A stretch of DNA of 64,000 nt, taken from contig CP000070.1 of NCBI GenBank assembly GCA_000002445.1, forward strand, positions 1,568,001 through 1,632,000. Reading direction: 5' to 3'. The translations under genes were made by a program, and so were the position numbers. Each line of letters opens with the position of its first letter. The stretch's first letter is position 1. The notes beneath the pieces were generated by a model. That model ran no database searches. It was not told the DNA's origin and saw only the letters and a program-made list of their open reading frames with translations. This document shows positions 22,147-33,570 of the stretch, one piece after another. Origin of the DNA: Trypanosoma brucei (lineage: Eukaryota).

Positions 22147-22222
22147 AACAAAAATTATCTGGCAGCACACTGGGCGAAACATCAGGAGGAATACAACTGA
22201 GCGTACTGTACAAAACATTGCC
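22147..22222 (+). promoter_or_regulatory. conserved ~75-nt 5' flank / 5'UTR block shared by all eight PAD copies (example at copy 1)
   Basis: cagcacactgggYgaaacatcRggaggaatacaactgagcgtactgtacaaaacattgcc immediately precedes the ATG of every copy (22147, 24904, 31202, 34507, 37750, 40737, 43974, 46949). Copies 1, 2, 3, 6, 8 additionally share ~130 nt further upstream (…ctcccaaaacttaatgct…cacgtaaaggaacctaacattttagggaaacaaaaattatctgg). Confidence 0.6.
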
Positions 22223-24013
22223 ATGAGCGCACCCGTCGACAACGTCGTGGTGGAGCGGCTCTCTACAGCCAACCAAAAACCCATCAACGAGCCCCGCCGC
22301 TTTGCGCTGTTGGTTCTTGGAACCTTCTGCTGTATATGCACATCCTTCATGTATGCTTTCAATCTTATATCTGGAGCAATGCAAGCGCGCTACAACCTCA
22401 CACAGCGAGATCTCTCCACCATCACTACTGTTGGTATCGCAGTTGGATATTTCTTGCTGCCCTACAGCTTCATCTTTGACTATCTGGGGCCGAAGCCTAT
22501 CTTCGTGATCGCAATGACAGTTTTCTGCCTGGGTGCGCTTCTGTTTGCCTTGACATTCCAAGAAGTGATTGAAGGATCTGTTGTGAGACTCAGTGTCTAC
22601 AATGGTTTTTTAACATTGGGATGTATGTTGTTTGACTTGGGTTCAGTGGTAACAGTACTCAGCGTGTTTCCATCCAACCGTGGTGCCGTGATGGCTATCG
22701 TGAAGACATTTACGGGTCTTGGTTCCGCAATCGTCGGCAGTATTCAGTTGGCCTTCTTCAGCAAGAGTGTTGCCAACTACTTTTTCTTCCTGATGTCGTT
22801 TTCACTGGTCGTTGGTACCCTCGCCGTCGTGTTCATGAATCTACCACCATTCCATTTGACGGGTTATCAGAAGACACACCTTGATGAAGAAGAGAAGGCA
22901 CAGAGGCTTGCGCGCAAGGGTGTGTACCTGAAGCAGAAGGCACCCATGTGGCGTTTCGTTCATGGTTTCGCCATTCTCGTAACCCTCATTGTGTTCCTCC
23001 CCCTGCAGGGAGCGCTCGTAGCGTATCTCAAACTCGGAAGCAACTTCAAGGTGGGGTTTGCTGTGACAGTTATTGTGTTGACGGTAATATTCCCTTTTAT
23101 GGCATACCCACTTACTACCTTCGACGGAAAACGCCCACATGACGATTCTGAGGGTGAAACGTGTTGTAGGAGAGAAGTGGCTGAGGAAGTTTCCGCGTCT
23201 GATGACACGGGTGTTGAGACTGATGTCGACTATATTGCTCCACAGTTCCAGGAAACATTTATCGAAGGATTGAAAACAGCACGGTTATGGTGCCTACTGT
23301 GGTCAATTTTCTGTTGCGTCGGTGTGCACTATGTTATCATCTACAATGCTCGTTTCATCTACACGGCACTTGCGGGTGAGGCCCCCGACGACGCGCTCAA
23401 TGCCCTCCTTACTGTTCTCAACGGTGTGGGTAGTGCTGTAGGACGACTTTGTATGAGTTACTTCGAAGTCTGGTCGCAGAAGCGCCGTGCTGAAGATCGC
23501 GTCCCCATCACCTTCTCTATGTTTGTTCCTTCGGTTTGTATCATCACCATGTTGACACTCTTCCTCACTCTCCCGAAGGCTGCATTACCTTTACCATACT
23601 TCATCGCGGCACTTTCAAATGGTTTCACAGCGGCGATTATTGCATTGGTAACGCGCACAATATTCGCCAAGGATCCTGCAAAGCATTACAACTTCTGCTT
23701 TCTTGGCTCCGTGCTTTCAGCCATCTTCCTTAATCGACTACTGTACGGTGAGTGGTACACGCAACAAGCCGATAAGTTGGGTCAGGATGTTTGCACCGAG
23801 CGTGTTTGTGTGGTGATGCCGCTTGCATTTATGTTAGGTCTCGCCTTCCCAGCATTTGCTACTAGCACCTACTTGCATCTGCAGTACCGCCGCCTTTGCA
23901 TGCTTGCGCTTGACGAGCGTCGTCGCATCCGGGAGGGCGAACGTGGACCAAAGGAACCTTCTTCCTGCCCAAAAGAACCGACGAGGGATGCCCGTGAGGC
24001 TGCTCCGCAATGA
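22223..24013 (+). CDS. PAD1: nodulin-like MFS transporter, PAD (protein associated with differentiation) family, array copy 1
   Basis: 596 aa, ~12-14 hydrophobic helices, conserved N-terminus MSAPVDNVVVERLSTANQKP. Symbol assigned by position (first of eight tandem copies downstream of ATG8.1/ATG8.2/MST), matching my recollection of the T. brucei chr7 PAD1-8 locus. Unique C-tail …GERGPKEPSSCPKEPTRDAREAAPQ. Confidence 0.7.
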   Translation: MSAPVDNVVVERLSTANQKPINEPRRFALLVLGTFCCICTSFMYAFNLISGAMQARYNLTQRDLSTITTVGIAVGYFLLPYSFIFDYLGPKPIFVIAMTVFCLGALLFALTFQEVIEGSVVRLSVYNGFLTLGCMLFDLGSVVTVLSVFPSNRGAVMAIVKTFTGLGSAIVGSIQLAFFSKSVANYFFFLMSFSLVVGTLAVVFMNLPPFHLTGYQKTHLDEEEKAQRLARKGVYLKQKAPMWRFVHGFAILVTLIVFLPLQGALVAYLKLGSNFKVGFAVTVIVLTVIFPFMAYPLTTFDGKRPHDDSEGETCCRREVAEEVSASDDTGVETDVDYIAPQFQETFIEGLKTARLWCLLWSIFCCVGVHYVIIYNARFIYTALAGEAPDDALNALLTVLNGVGSAVGRLCMSYFEVWSQKRRAEDRVPITFSMFVPSVCIITMLTLFLTLPKAALPLPYFIAALSNGFTAAIIALVTRTIFAKDPAKHYNFCFLGSVLSAIFLNRLLYGEWYTQQADKLGQDVCTERVCVVMPLAFMLGLAFPAFATSTYLHLQYRRLCMLALDERRRIREGERGPKEPSSCPKEPTRDAREAAPQ

Positions 24014-24979
24014 AGCTTAGGGGAGCCAGTGGAGGGCGGCTTCCTGACGTTTATTCAACATTTTGTGTATTTATATAATGTTAGCGACGACAGGAGAAAG
24101 TAAAATGAACAGATATACTTTGATTCCTTTTTACTATACTTTTCCTTTTTTTTTGCTTCTTTGTCTATACATATCGCATACCATTAGTGAGTTCCTTTAT
24201 TATCGCCTCCGACAATGAAGACGGTGCGCCAACTCTGGTAAACGATAAATAAACGGTTTTAAAAAATCATCTTTACACATATTGTACGAGCAGTCCATGC
24301 ATTATTATTCTTTTTTTTTGAGTTTTCTCATCAGAAGAGATCGATACAACAACACCAGTCACTATATGAACACACCAACTTATATCGTTAAATTCTTCAC
24401 TTAGCTCTCGTTTATGATCGATAAAAGTTCGAATTCACCTCAAAAAATTTCCAGAATTAATATTATATTTTCTTTCCATTCTTTGCTATTTTCAGAGCGA
24501 TCTCCTTACTCTCACCCACTCTTCACCCGTGGAAACACCATGTAATCCTTTTCTTCTTGCGGTGGGAGAGAGGAGAGTGCAGACCAACACAGGCACCCCA
24601 ACACCGTTGATCCGTAGTGCTACCTATCTCGTCTTCATATCTTTACTGCTTGTTATAATTTTGTCTTTTTTACCTTTTTTTTTCGGCTGCGCTGTCACGG
24701 TTTTATAAATGTCCATTGCAAAATAGTTGCTCTCAAGACACACATCAATAGCATTATATCCGCCCAATACCTCTTCTTTCATTCTCCCAAAACTTAATGC
24801 TTTCATTTCTCCCTTTTTGACTTATTGAACCTTTGAACAATACCACAGACTAACAGCAATAAACAAGCACGCAGTCACGTAAAGGAACCTAACATTTTAG
24901 GGAAACAAAAATTATCTGGCAGCACACTGGGCGAAACATCAGGAGGAATACAACTGAGCGTACTGTACAAAACATTGCC

Positions 24980-26797
24980 ATGAGCGCACCCGTCGACAAC
25001 GTCGTGGTGGAGCGGCTCTCTACAGCCAACCAAAAACCCATCAACGAGCCCCGCCGCTTTGCGCTCTTGGTTCTCGGAACCTTCTGCTGTATATGCACAT
25101 CCTTCATGTATGCTTTCAATCTTATATCTGGAGCAATGCAAGCGCGCTACAACCTCACACAGCGAGATCTCTCCACCATCACTACTGTTGGTATCGCAGT
25201 TGGATATTTCTTGCTGCCCTACAGCTTCATCTTTGACTATCTGGGGCCGAAGCCTATCTTCGTGATCGCAATGACAGTTTTCTGCCTGGGTGCGCTTCTG
25301 TTTGCCTTGACATTCCAAGAAGTGATTGAAGGATCTGTTGTGAGACTCAGTGTCTACAATGGTTTTTTAACATTGGGATGTATGTTGTTTGACTTGGGTT
25401 CAGTGGTAACAGTACTCAGCGTGTTTCCATCCAACCGTGGTGCCGTGATGGCTATCGTGAAGACATTTACGGGTCTTGGTGCCGCAATCGTCGGCAGTAT
25501 TCAGTTGGCCTTCTTCAGCAAGAGTGTTGCCAACTACTTTTTCTTCCTGATGTCGTTTTCACTGGTCGTTGGTACCCTCGCCGTCGTGTTCATGAATCTA
25601 CCACCATTCCATTTGACGGGTTATCAGAAGACACACCTTGATGAAGAAGAGAAGGCACAGAGGCTTGCGCGCAAGGGTGTGTACCTGAAGCAGAAGGCAC
25701 CCATGTGGCGTTTCATCTATGGTTTCGTCGTTCTTTTGATTCTTGTTGTCTTCCTCCCCTTGGAGGGAGCGCTCGTAGCGTATCTCAAACTCGGAAGCAA
25801 CTTCAAGGTGGGGTTTGCTGTGACAGTTATTGTGTTGACCGTAATATTCCCTTTTATGGCATTCCCACTTACTACCTTCGACGGAAAACGCCCACATGAC
25901 GATTCTGAGGGTGATGCCAAAGAACACGTTGAAGCGGATGATGAAGTTTCCGCGGCGGAAGATAAGGTAGTTGAGACTGATGTCGACTATATTGCTCCAC
26001 AGTTCCAGGAAACATTTATCGAAGGATTGAAAACAGCACGGTTATGGTGCCTACTGTGGTCAATTTTCTGTTGCGTCGGTGTGCACTATGTTATCATCTA
26101 CAATGCTCGTTTCATCTACACGGCACTTGCGGGTGAGGCCCCCGACGACGCGCTCAATGCCCTCCTTACTGTTCTCAACGGTGTGGGTAGTGCTGTAGGA
26201 CGACTTTGTATGGGCTACTTCGAAGTCTGGTCGCAGAAGCGCCGTGCTGAAGATCGCGTCCCCATCACCTTGTCTATGTTTGTTCCTTCGGTTTGTATCA
26301 TCACCATGTTGACACTCTTCCTCACTCTCCCGAAGGCTGCATTACCTTTACCATACTTCATCGCAGCGTTCTCAAATGGCTTTATGGCGGCTACGATGGC
26401 ACTCGTAACACGCACAATATTCGCCAAGGATCCTGCAAAGCATTACAACTTCTGCTTTCTTGGCTCCGTGCTTTCAGCCATCTTCCTTAATCGACTACTG
26501 TACGGTGAGTGGTACACGCAACAAGCCGATAAGTTGGATCAGGATGTTTGCACCGAGCGTGTTTGTGTGGTGATGCCGCTTGCATTTATGTTAGGTCTCG
26601 CCTTCCCAGCATTTGCTACTAGCACCTACTTGCATCTGCAGTACCGAAATCTTTGTTTGAAGGCCCTTGAGGAGCGACGGAGGATAAAGGAAGCTGAAGA
26701 TAACCAAACAAATGCTGAAAATGTTTGTGCTGAACCTACCTGCGACGATAACGCTGATGCTTGTCTGGAGGAGAAAGCTGCTGATTCAAGCAAGTAA
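24980..26797 (+). CDS. PAD2: PAD-family MFS transporter, array copy 2
   Basis: 605 aa, ~95% identical to copy 1 over the first 300 aa. Distinct acidic loop (GDAKEHVEADDEVSAAED) and unique C-tail (…KEAEDNQTNAENVCAEPTCDDNADACLEEKAADSSK). Confidence 0.7.
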   Translation: MSAPVDNVVVERLSTANQKPINEPRRFALLVLGTFCCICTSFMYAFNLISGAMQARYNLTQRDLSTITTVGIAVGYFLLPYSFIFDYLGPKPIFVIAMTVFCLGALLFALTFQEVIEGSVVRLSVYNGFLTLGCMLFDLGSVVTVLSVFPSNRGAVMAIVKTFTGLGAAIVGSIQLAFFSKSVANYFFFLMSFSLVVGTLAVVFMNLPPFHLTGYQKTHLDEEEKAQRLARKGVYLKQKAPMWRFIYGFVVLLILVVFLPLEGALVAYLKLGSNFKVGFAVTVIVLTVIFPFMAFPLTTFDGKRPHDDSEGDAKEHVEADDEVSAAEDKVVETDVDYIAPQFQETFIEGLKTARLWCLLWSIFCCVGVHYVIIYNARFIYTALAGEAPDDALNALLTVLNGVGSAVGRLCMGYFEVWSQKRRAEDRVPITLSMFVPSVCIITMLTLFLTLPKAALPLPYFIAAFSNGFMAATMALVTRTIFAKDPAKHYNFCFLGSVLSAIFLNRLLYGEWYTQQADKLDQDVCTERVCVVMPLAFMLGLAFPAFATSTYLHLQYRNLCLKALEERRRIKEAEDNQTNAENVCAEPTCDDNADACLEEKAADSSK

Positions 26798-29700
26798 CAT
26801 CTTTTTTTTCTTTTCACTAACTTATGTTTTTAGCGGCACGTTACAGTGTACTAATTATCGTTTTACCCTCTCTTTTTTATTTTTTAATTTGTTAAAAAAT
26901 TTTCCCTCAAAACGTCTTTTCTTTTTGTGAATTACTATTCCTTCCCTTTTTTTTTTGTTTTTGTGGGGAAGGGGGAGGAAATTGTGGTAATGTAAACTGG
27001 TATATGTGTTTAATAACTTAAATGCCTTATGATGTGCAATTTCATTAGTAGTTCCGCTGCTTTCCAGTACCGAATATATTTTATGTTACTTAGCCTTCGC
27101 TGCGATGTAACAAGTAGTGGGGTGGTTGATTACTTGGCATATATAATGCACAGCATCAGGGCAGAGGCCACAGTTGTTTAGTTACACATTTTCCTACCTT
27201 CCATAATGTTGTTTTTTTTAGATTGAGCGATTCTTCCCCTTAAACTAATAATGTTTTTTAATTACCTCCTTCTTCCATCTTTTTTTTATTTTTGAAGGTC
27301 AGATTCCTTTTTATTATTATTATTTCTTCTCCCCTTTTCTGTGACTGTCTTTCAACCGCTTAGCACGTTGTTAGCGGAAGGACAAACGAAAACCTTAAAG
27401 GTTTTTGTTAATTTTGTCTATTTACTCTGTTTTGTATCGATTTTCTTTTGAAACGCCACTGAAAATGTGGAGCACATTTACTTTTTTTCCGGCTGTTCAC
27501 ACATGTACACATGCTTGGCCTTTCAAATCCACGCAAACCTTTGAACGCCTCTTTTTTTTTAAGTTTCTTCTTAAGAGAACGTTTTTTTTGATTATTTTTC
27601 TTTTTTAGTTTGAATACTACAAAACTACTTGTTCCCAATGTATTGGTTAATTGCCGGTCGTGGGATTTTGGTCCTTAACACGTAGCGGATAGATGCGTCG
27701 CTCATGATTAACCTGTGCTTTACTGCTTAATTCCTTTAGTCATAGTGTAGGAAAATATACGAATAGGAAAATGCAAACCACATCATGAGAGCATGGCATT
27801 CATTGTTCAATGTCTGCGGTGATGATGAAAGGTGCAGAAGCCAACTTTCGTTGCTTCGTCGGGGAACCCGTGTGCAGCGAAGGTTCCTCTTAACCGTCGG
27901 GTGCTCGGCATTTGACAGGCAGTAGCTTTATACCGCGTTCATCCCATTAATTATTCTTTTGCTTTGTTGCCTCTACAACATGCTCGCTTGGGAATCAGCC
28001 GATGCTGATGTTATTGCACACGTTTATATTTGTGTTTACGTGTATGCTCACCTGTGTACAAGAGGAAGAAGCATGTGGGCCTATCCATCACTACCAGAGC
28101 GGAAACCTGTTGCACCTAAAAGGTGATAACCCATTGAAAAAATATTGCTATGTAGGTGAAAAACAAACGGCAAAGAAAAAAAGGAAGGGAAAGCTAAGCA
28201 AAGCATATCCCTCACCCAGACGTCTGAGATAAACGTGAAACTGGACGAAGTGAAATAACACACAAAAGAGTAATTGAACAAATGGTTTCTTCTTTGTCCC
28301 CAAATGCCACTCAGAGGGAAGATGGTACGACCCAACGCTACGAAGCACCAAAGCCCTATTTGTAAGGTAGCGAAGGGAGACGAGGAAAGGGGCTAACGCT
28401 GAGGCGGGAAATTTTAGCGGAGGCAGCGGGAGGAACGTTGGGATTTACAGGGCGCAAGTGACGTCATCATTCTCTGGCAAGTTTTTGTGGTAAAACAGCG
28501 AATGCTCCGGGTGGGAATGAAGTGCTTTTAGAGTGCCCTATACCTTTTTAACGTGCTTTTCTTTCTTTCTGACTTTCGTTTGCTTCGCGGCGGCAATGTA
28601 CGTGCTCACTTTGGTAGTATTTCCAATACCATTGGTAACACTATTTACTGGGGAAAAACGTTAAAACTCTGTATGCGATGTGTTGACGGCGATTAGTGGT
28701 GTTGGAGCGAGGAGGTCTCGTTTTCTCAATATTCCACGATGGGTGTGTGGGTGTGTCGCAAGGGCGGGAAAATTTCTCGTAGCAATTCCTACATATTTGT
28801 CGTGAGCAATTCACCAACGCAGCAAGATGAGGGAACCGCGCATTGGGGAAACAGGGGTTTACATTTCGCAGAAGCGCTTAATAGACATGCACAAATAACA
28901 CATGTTTGTTGGATGTTTGATCATGCACATGTAGTGGAGAAAGTAGACGCACACCCTTCCGCGCACCAAGCTAGGAGAGATCAAGGATTCCATCCTTAAA
29001 AGCGATGATGCTTGGTGTAAAGCATATTTCTTGATGTGACATAACTTTCGGGTGAACTACGTATTGGTTGGGGAGGGTTTCCCCTTGAATGCAAGGCGAA
29101 ATTTAGGTGGTTACAATTGAATGTATTTTTACTTTTTTTTTTCCAATGGCGTGCCTCCCAGCCAACGTTATTGGTGAACGCTCTTCAGATGTGAATACGT
29201 GAGCGCACCTACAGTGCGAGTTCTTTCACCCATCAGCACGGGTATGTTCCTACTCCGAGGTCAGTCCAGCTTGGCACCTCGGTGCATCGGGAGGCCCGCT
29301 GTGAGGTAGAGTCACCTCATTTTTTTTCCTTGTGTCAGTTAAAAAGCCGCTTCGCTGTATCAATGGTAAAGCTCTGTGACGACGACACTGCGGCAGGAGG
29401 TGAAGCTTGGGCTCAAAGTGTCCAATTTGTGTGTTGAGGTGCCCCATCAACCTGAAAATCTGTGCGCACGTTGGGTGCCACTCTGGTGATTTGGTGCGCG
29501 TGTCCCCAAGCGTAATCAGCGATCCACTTGGCGGTGCCACCCTCTCCTGCGATCAAACGGCTGCGTCTGGCGCCAATGCGGCTGACGTTGTGCCAACTCC
29601 CATGGTAAGAGGCCCTGGTAGGAAGGGTCTACCCGCCTTTGGATTTGGTGGTGAAACTGCGGTGCGTCCACTGTTTTATATTTTCCTCTGCAATCGTATC

Positions 29701-31277
29701 AGTGTTTAATGAGAAGTATGAAGGGGCTTTCTGTTTCGTTGCTTGCATCTTATTCACGCTCATCTTGTCTTTTTGCCGAACAAGTCGGTGTTTGAGGTAC
29801 CTCATCCTACTACGAACGGCCGGGTCCCTCTACGTTCGGAACTGAAGATACACGATATCCACTTTATGTCGCTCTCATCACCAACGTGATGGGTAATGCT
29901 GTGCGCGTTGAAGGGAGAATGCCTTCAAGTTAACATGAGGGTGTTGCCACCCTGCCTGCAATGATACACCCCTGGGCTCCTTCAACTCATCACCACAAAA
30001 AGGACTGCGAATTCATAACCCCGGAAGGTCTCCCTCAATATCTCTTGGACAATTCAGCACCTCTCCGTTTACATACTTCAGACGTGTCCCTCTGATGTTC
30101 GGCGATGTGATAAGTCATTCCTTGCAACTGCAAGACTTATTGCGTCTCTATGCGGGCATAGCTCCAGTTTATTAGGGAGGGGGAATCAGGTGCGAGTCCA
30201 GGTTCGTCACCTCGCTGTGAAGCACGTTGTAAATGCCACGATGCTCGGTTGTAGAAACCGCTGCGTAACTTTGCGCTCATGTGTCCTGCCGGGTCGCGTC
30301 ACGTGGCAGTGATTCTCAGCGTCAAAGGGGTCCCCGACGGTATTACAAGCTTGAACCGTGCTGTTTTCAGTTGCGCAACCATGGCCATCATATCAGTGAA
30401 CCGTAGCCTCCCCGAAGGAATCGTAGGGAAGCGACTGGGGGCGTGCGAGCACTCACCAACGACTAATGTTTAGTTTCCTTCCACCCAATTATGTGCCGCA
30501 CTGCGTAGAGGATGTCTTTGCGCCCTGTGGGGAAATCGGAGCCTTCTCAGCCGAGAGATAACTGAGTGCAGATGTAAACTACCACAGCCACTCAACAGCC
30601 ACTGCCAAGTGAAACGGTTTACGTCATACCGTTTTCACTGCATCCGTATTTTACTCGTCTTTGATGCCATCAGCATCAAACAACATCATAAATACAGTAG
30701 TGTGCCACAAACTCCGAGTTATGCTTACTCTAACCGTAGAAGCAGAAAGGGTATGACAACAAAGGAGTCATTAACCCCTCAAACCACGTAGAATACATAA
30801 CAGTCCCCCTCTCCACCCCTACGCCAGGAAAGCACATTTCACATAATGTCGGAGAGACTAATGTGACTACAATGCGCGCACAGCACCTTTATTACCAAAA
30901 AGAAATGGACAAGCGAAGCAAAAAAAAAAAAAGAGACATTTGATCAACGCGCAAAAAATGAGGGATTGAACCTTCCAAATGGAAAGCACCTCCCGTCTTT
31001 TTCATGAAAAACAGCAAGCAAGATGTATTCTCCCAGACAACAATAGAGCTATGATTAACTTCTCACCACCTAGTTTCGTTCTCCCAAAACTTAATGCTCT
31101 CATTTCTCCCCTTTTCGACTTATTGAACCTTTGAACAATACCACAGACTAACAGCAATAAGCAAGCACGCAGTCACGTAAAGGAACCTAACATTTTAGGG
31201 AAACAAAAATTATCTGGCAGCACACTGGGTGAAACATCGGGAGGAATACAACTGAGCGTACTGTACAAAACATTGCC

Positions 31278-33050
31278 ATGAGCGCACCCGTCGACAACGT
31301 CGTGGTGGAGCGGCTCTCTACAGCCAACCAAAAACCCATCAACGAGCCCCGCCGCTTTGCGCTGTTGGTTCTCGGAACATGTTGCTCAATCTGTACATCC
31401 TTCATGTATGCTTTCAATCTTATATCTGGAACAATGCAAGCACGCTACAGGTTTTCCGTAAAAGATATAATGAATGTCAATGCGGTAGGGCTTGCAGTTG
31501 GATATTTCATGCTGCCTTATGGTTTCATCTATGACTATCTGGGGCCGAGACCCATATTTATGCTCTCACTAACGGTGCTGTGTCTCGGTGCGTTGCTGTT
31601 TGCCTTGACATTACGAGGTGACATCGAAGGAACTGTTGTGAGACTCAGTGTCTACAATGGTCTCATGACATTGGGATGTATGTTGTTTGACTTAGGCGGT
31701 GTGGTGACAGTACTCAGCGTGTTTCCATCCAACCGTGGTGCCATTGTGGCTATCATGAAGAGCTTTGTGGGTCTTGGTGCTGCGATCCTAGGCAGTATTC
31801 AGTTGGCCTTCTTCAGTGACAGGCCAGATATATATTTCTTTTCTATCATGTCGTTTGCCCTAACGGTTGGTATCCTCGGCATTGTATTCATGCGTCTGCC
31901 ACCATTCCATTTGACGGGCTATCAGGAAAAGCACCTTGATGAAGAAGAGAAGGCACAGCTTCGCATGACCAAGACCGTGTACCTGAAGCAGAAGGCACCC
32001 ATGTGGCGTTTCATCTATGGTTTCGTCCTTCTTTTGATTCTTGTTGTGTTCCTCCCCCTGCAGGGAGCGCTCGTAGCGTATCTCAAACTCGGAAGCAACT
32101 TCAAGGTGGGGTTTGCTGTGACAGTTATTGTGTTGACCGCAATATTCCCTTTTATGGCATTCCCACTTACTACCTTCGACGGAAAACGCCCACATGACGA
32201 TTCTGATGGTGAGGTGGATGATAAAGAGGAAATGAGTGAAGAGCCCTTCCCTGTGGAAGATAAGGTAGTTGAGACTGATGTCGACTATATTGCTCCACAG
32301 TTCCAGGAAACATTTATCGAAGGATTGAAAACAGCACGGTTATGGTGCCTACTCTCGTCAGTCTTTTGTTGCGTTGGTGGCAGCTTCGTCGTTGTGTTTA
32401 ACTCTCGTTTCCTGTACACGGCGCTCGCGGGCGAGCCTCCGAGTACTAATGTTGGTATTCTTCTTTCCGTGTTGGGCGCCTTGGGTAGTGCTGTAGGCAG
32501 GCTGTTAACGAGCGGTGTAGAAATCTGGTCGCAGAAGCGCCGTGCTGAAGATCGCGTCCCCATCACCATTGCGCTGTTTATCCCTTCGGTTTGTATCATC
32601 ACCATGTTGACACTCTTCCTCACTCTCCCGAAGGCTGCATTACCTTTGCCACATTTTTTGGCGGCAGTGGCAGATGGTTTTATGGCTACAACAACACCTC
32701 TCGTCGCCCGCACAATATTCGCCAAGGATCCTGCAAAGCATTACAACTTCTGCTTCCTTGGCTCCGTGCTTTCAGCCATCTTCCTTAATCGTCTACTGTA
32801 CGGTGAGTGGTACACGCAACAAGCCGATAAGTTGGGTCAGGATGTTTGCACCGAGCGTGTTTGTGTGGTGATGCCGCTTGCATTCTTACTTGGTTTATCT
32901 TTCTTGGCATTCATCACCAGCACCTACGTGCATCTGCAGTACCGAAATCTTTGTTTGAAAGCTCTTGAAGAACGTCAGCGTGTTAAGGAACAGCATCGTG
33001 CATCAAAGGATGATTCTCGTGTTTCTACGGAACCGATAGGTGTAATTTAA
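31278..33050 (+). CDS. PAD3: PAD-family MFS transporter, array copy 3
   Basis: 590 aa, the most divergent N-terminal half (RFSVKDIMNVNAVG…). Loop DGEVDDKEEMSEEPFPVEDK. C-tail …QHRASKDDSRVSTEPIGVI. Confidence 0.65.
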   Translation: MSAPVDNVVVERLSTANQKPINEPRRFALLVLGTCCSICTSFMYAFNLISGTMQARYRFSVKDIMNVNAVGLAVGYFMLPYGFIYDYLGPRPIFMLSLTVLCLGALLFALTLRGDIEGTVVRLSVYNGLMTLGCMLFDLGGVVTVLSVFPSNRGAIVAIMKSFVGLGAAILGSIQLAFFSDRPDIYFFSIMSFALTVGILGIVFMRLPPFHLTGYQEKHLDEEEKAQLRMTKTVYLKQKAPMWRFIYGFVLLLILVVFLPLQGALVAYLKLGSNFKVGFAVTVIVLTAIFPFMAFPLTTFDGKRPHDDSDGEVDDKEEMSEEPFPVEDKVVETDVDYIAPQFQETFIEGLKTARLWCLLSSVFCCVGGSFVVVFNSRFLYTALAGEPPSTNVGILLSVLGALGSAVGRLLTSGVEIWSQKRRAEDRVPITIALFIPSVCIITMLTLFLTLPKAALPLPHFLAAVADGFMATTTPLVARTIFAKDPAKHYNFCFLGSVLSAIFLNRLLYGEWYTQQADKLGQDVCTERVCVVMPLAFLLGLSFLAFITSTYVHLQYRNLCLKALEERQRVKEQHRASKDDSRVSTEPIGVI

Positions 33051-33570
33051 GGCTGTTGAATATTTTGAATGTGTTATTTCTGACGGTTTAACTTTACTTC
33101 GTAGCAGTGAGGTTTCCTATTTTATTTTATTTTGTTTCCTCGTTTGCGATAATGCTGCACGCTTCGTTACAGGGCGGGCATGTATGTCCTCCATTTTCAA
33201 ATTTTTTAGTGTAAGAGCTGAAGTATTTTTTTTTCTTTTTAATACATTTATCTATTAAGTGGATAAACCCATCACATTTGTTTTGGTTGTGTTAAATCAC
33301 CTGTTATTATCAGGACTAAATAGTGTGAAACAATCATATAATACTACAATGCAATATAAGAGTGATGCGTTCCATTTGTTTTTAGATATAAACATGTAAC
33401 CTTGACACGTTTAAGACCGCAAAATACGCGGCCTAATAATAATCGTACCATTAATGTACTATTGGTGAAGACACTGAACGTCATTAGCATTCGATATAAT
33501 TTACAACACCAAAAAAACACAGAACACTTTTAAGGTAAACCTCACCCTCGAACCGCCTTAGCGTTTTCAT

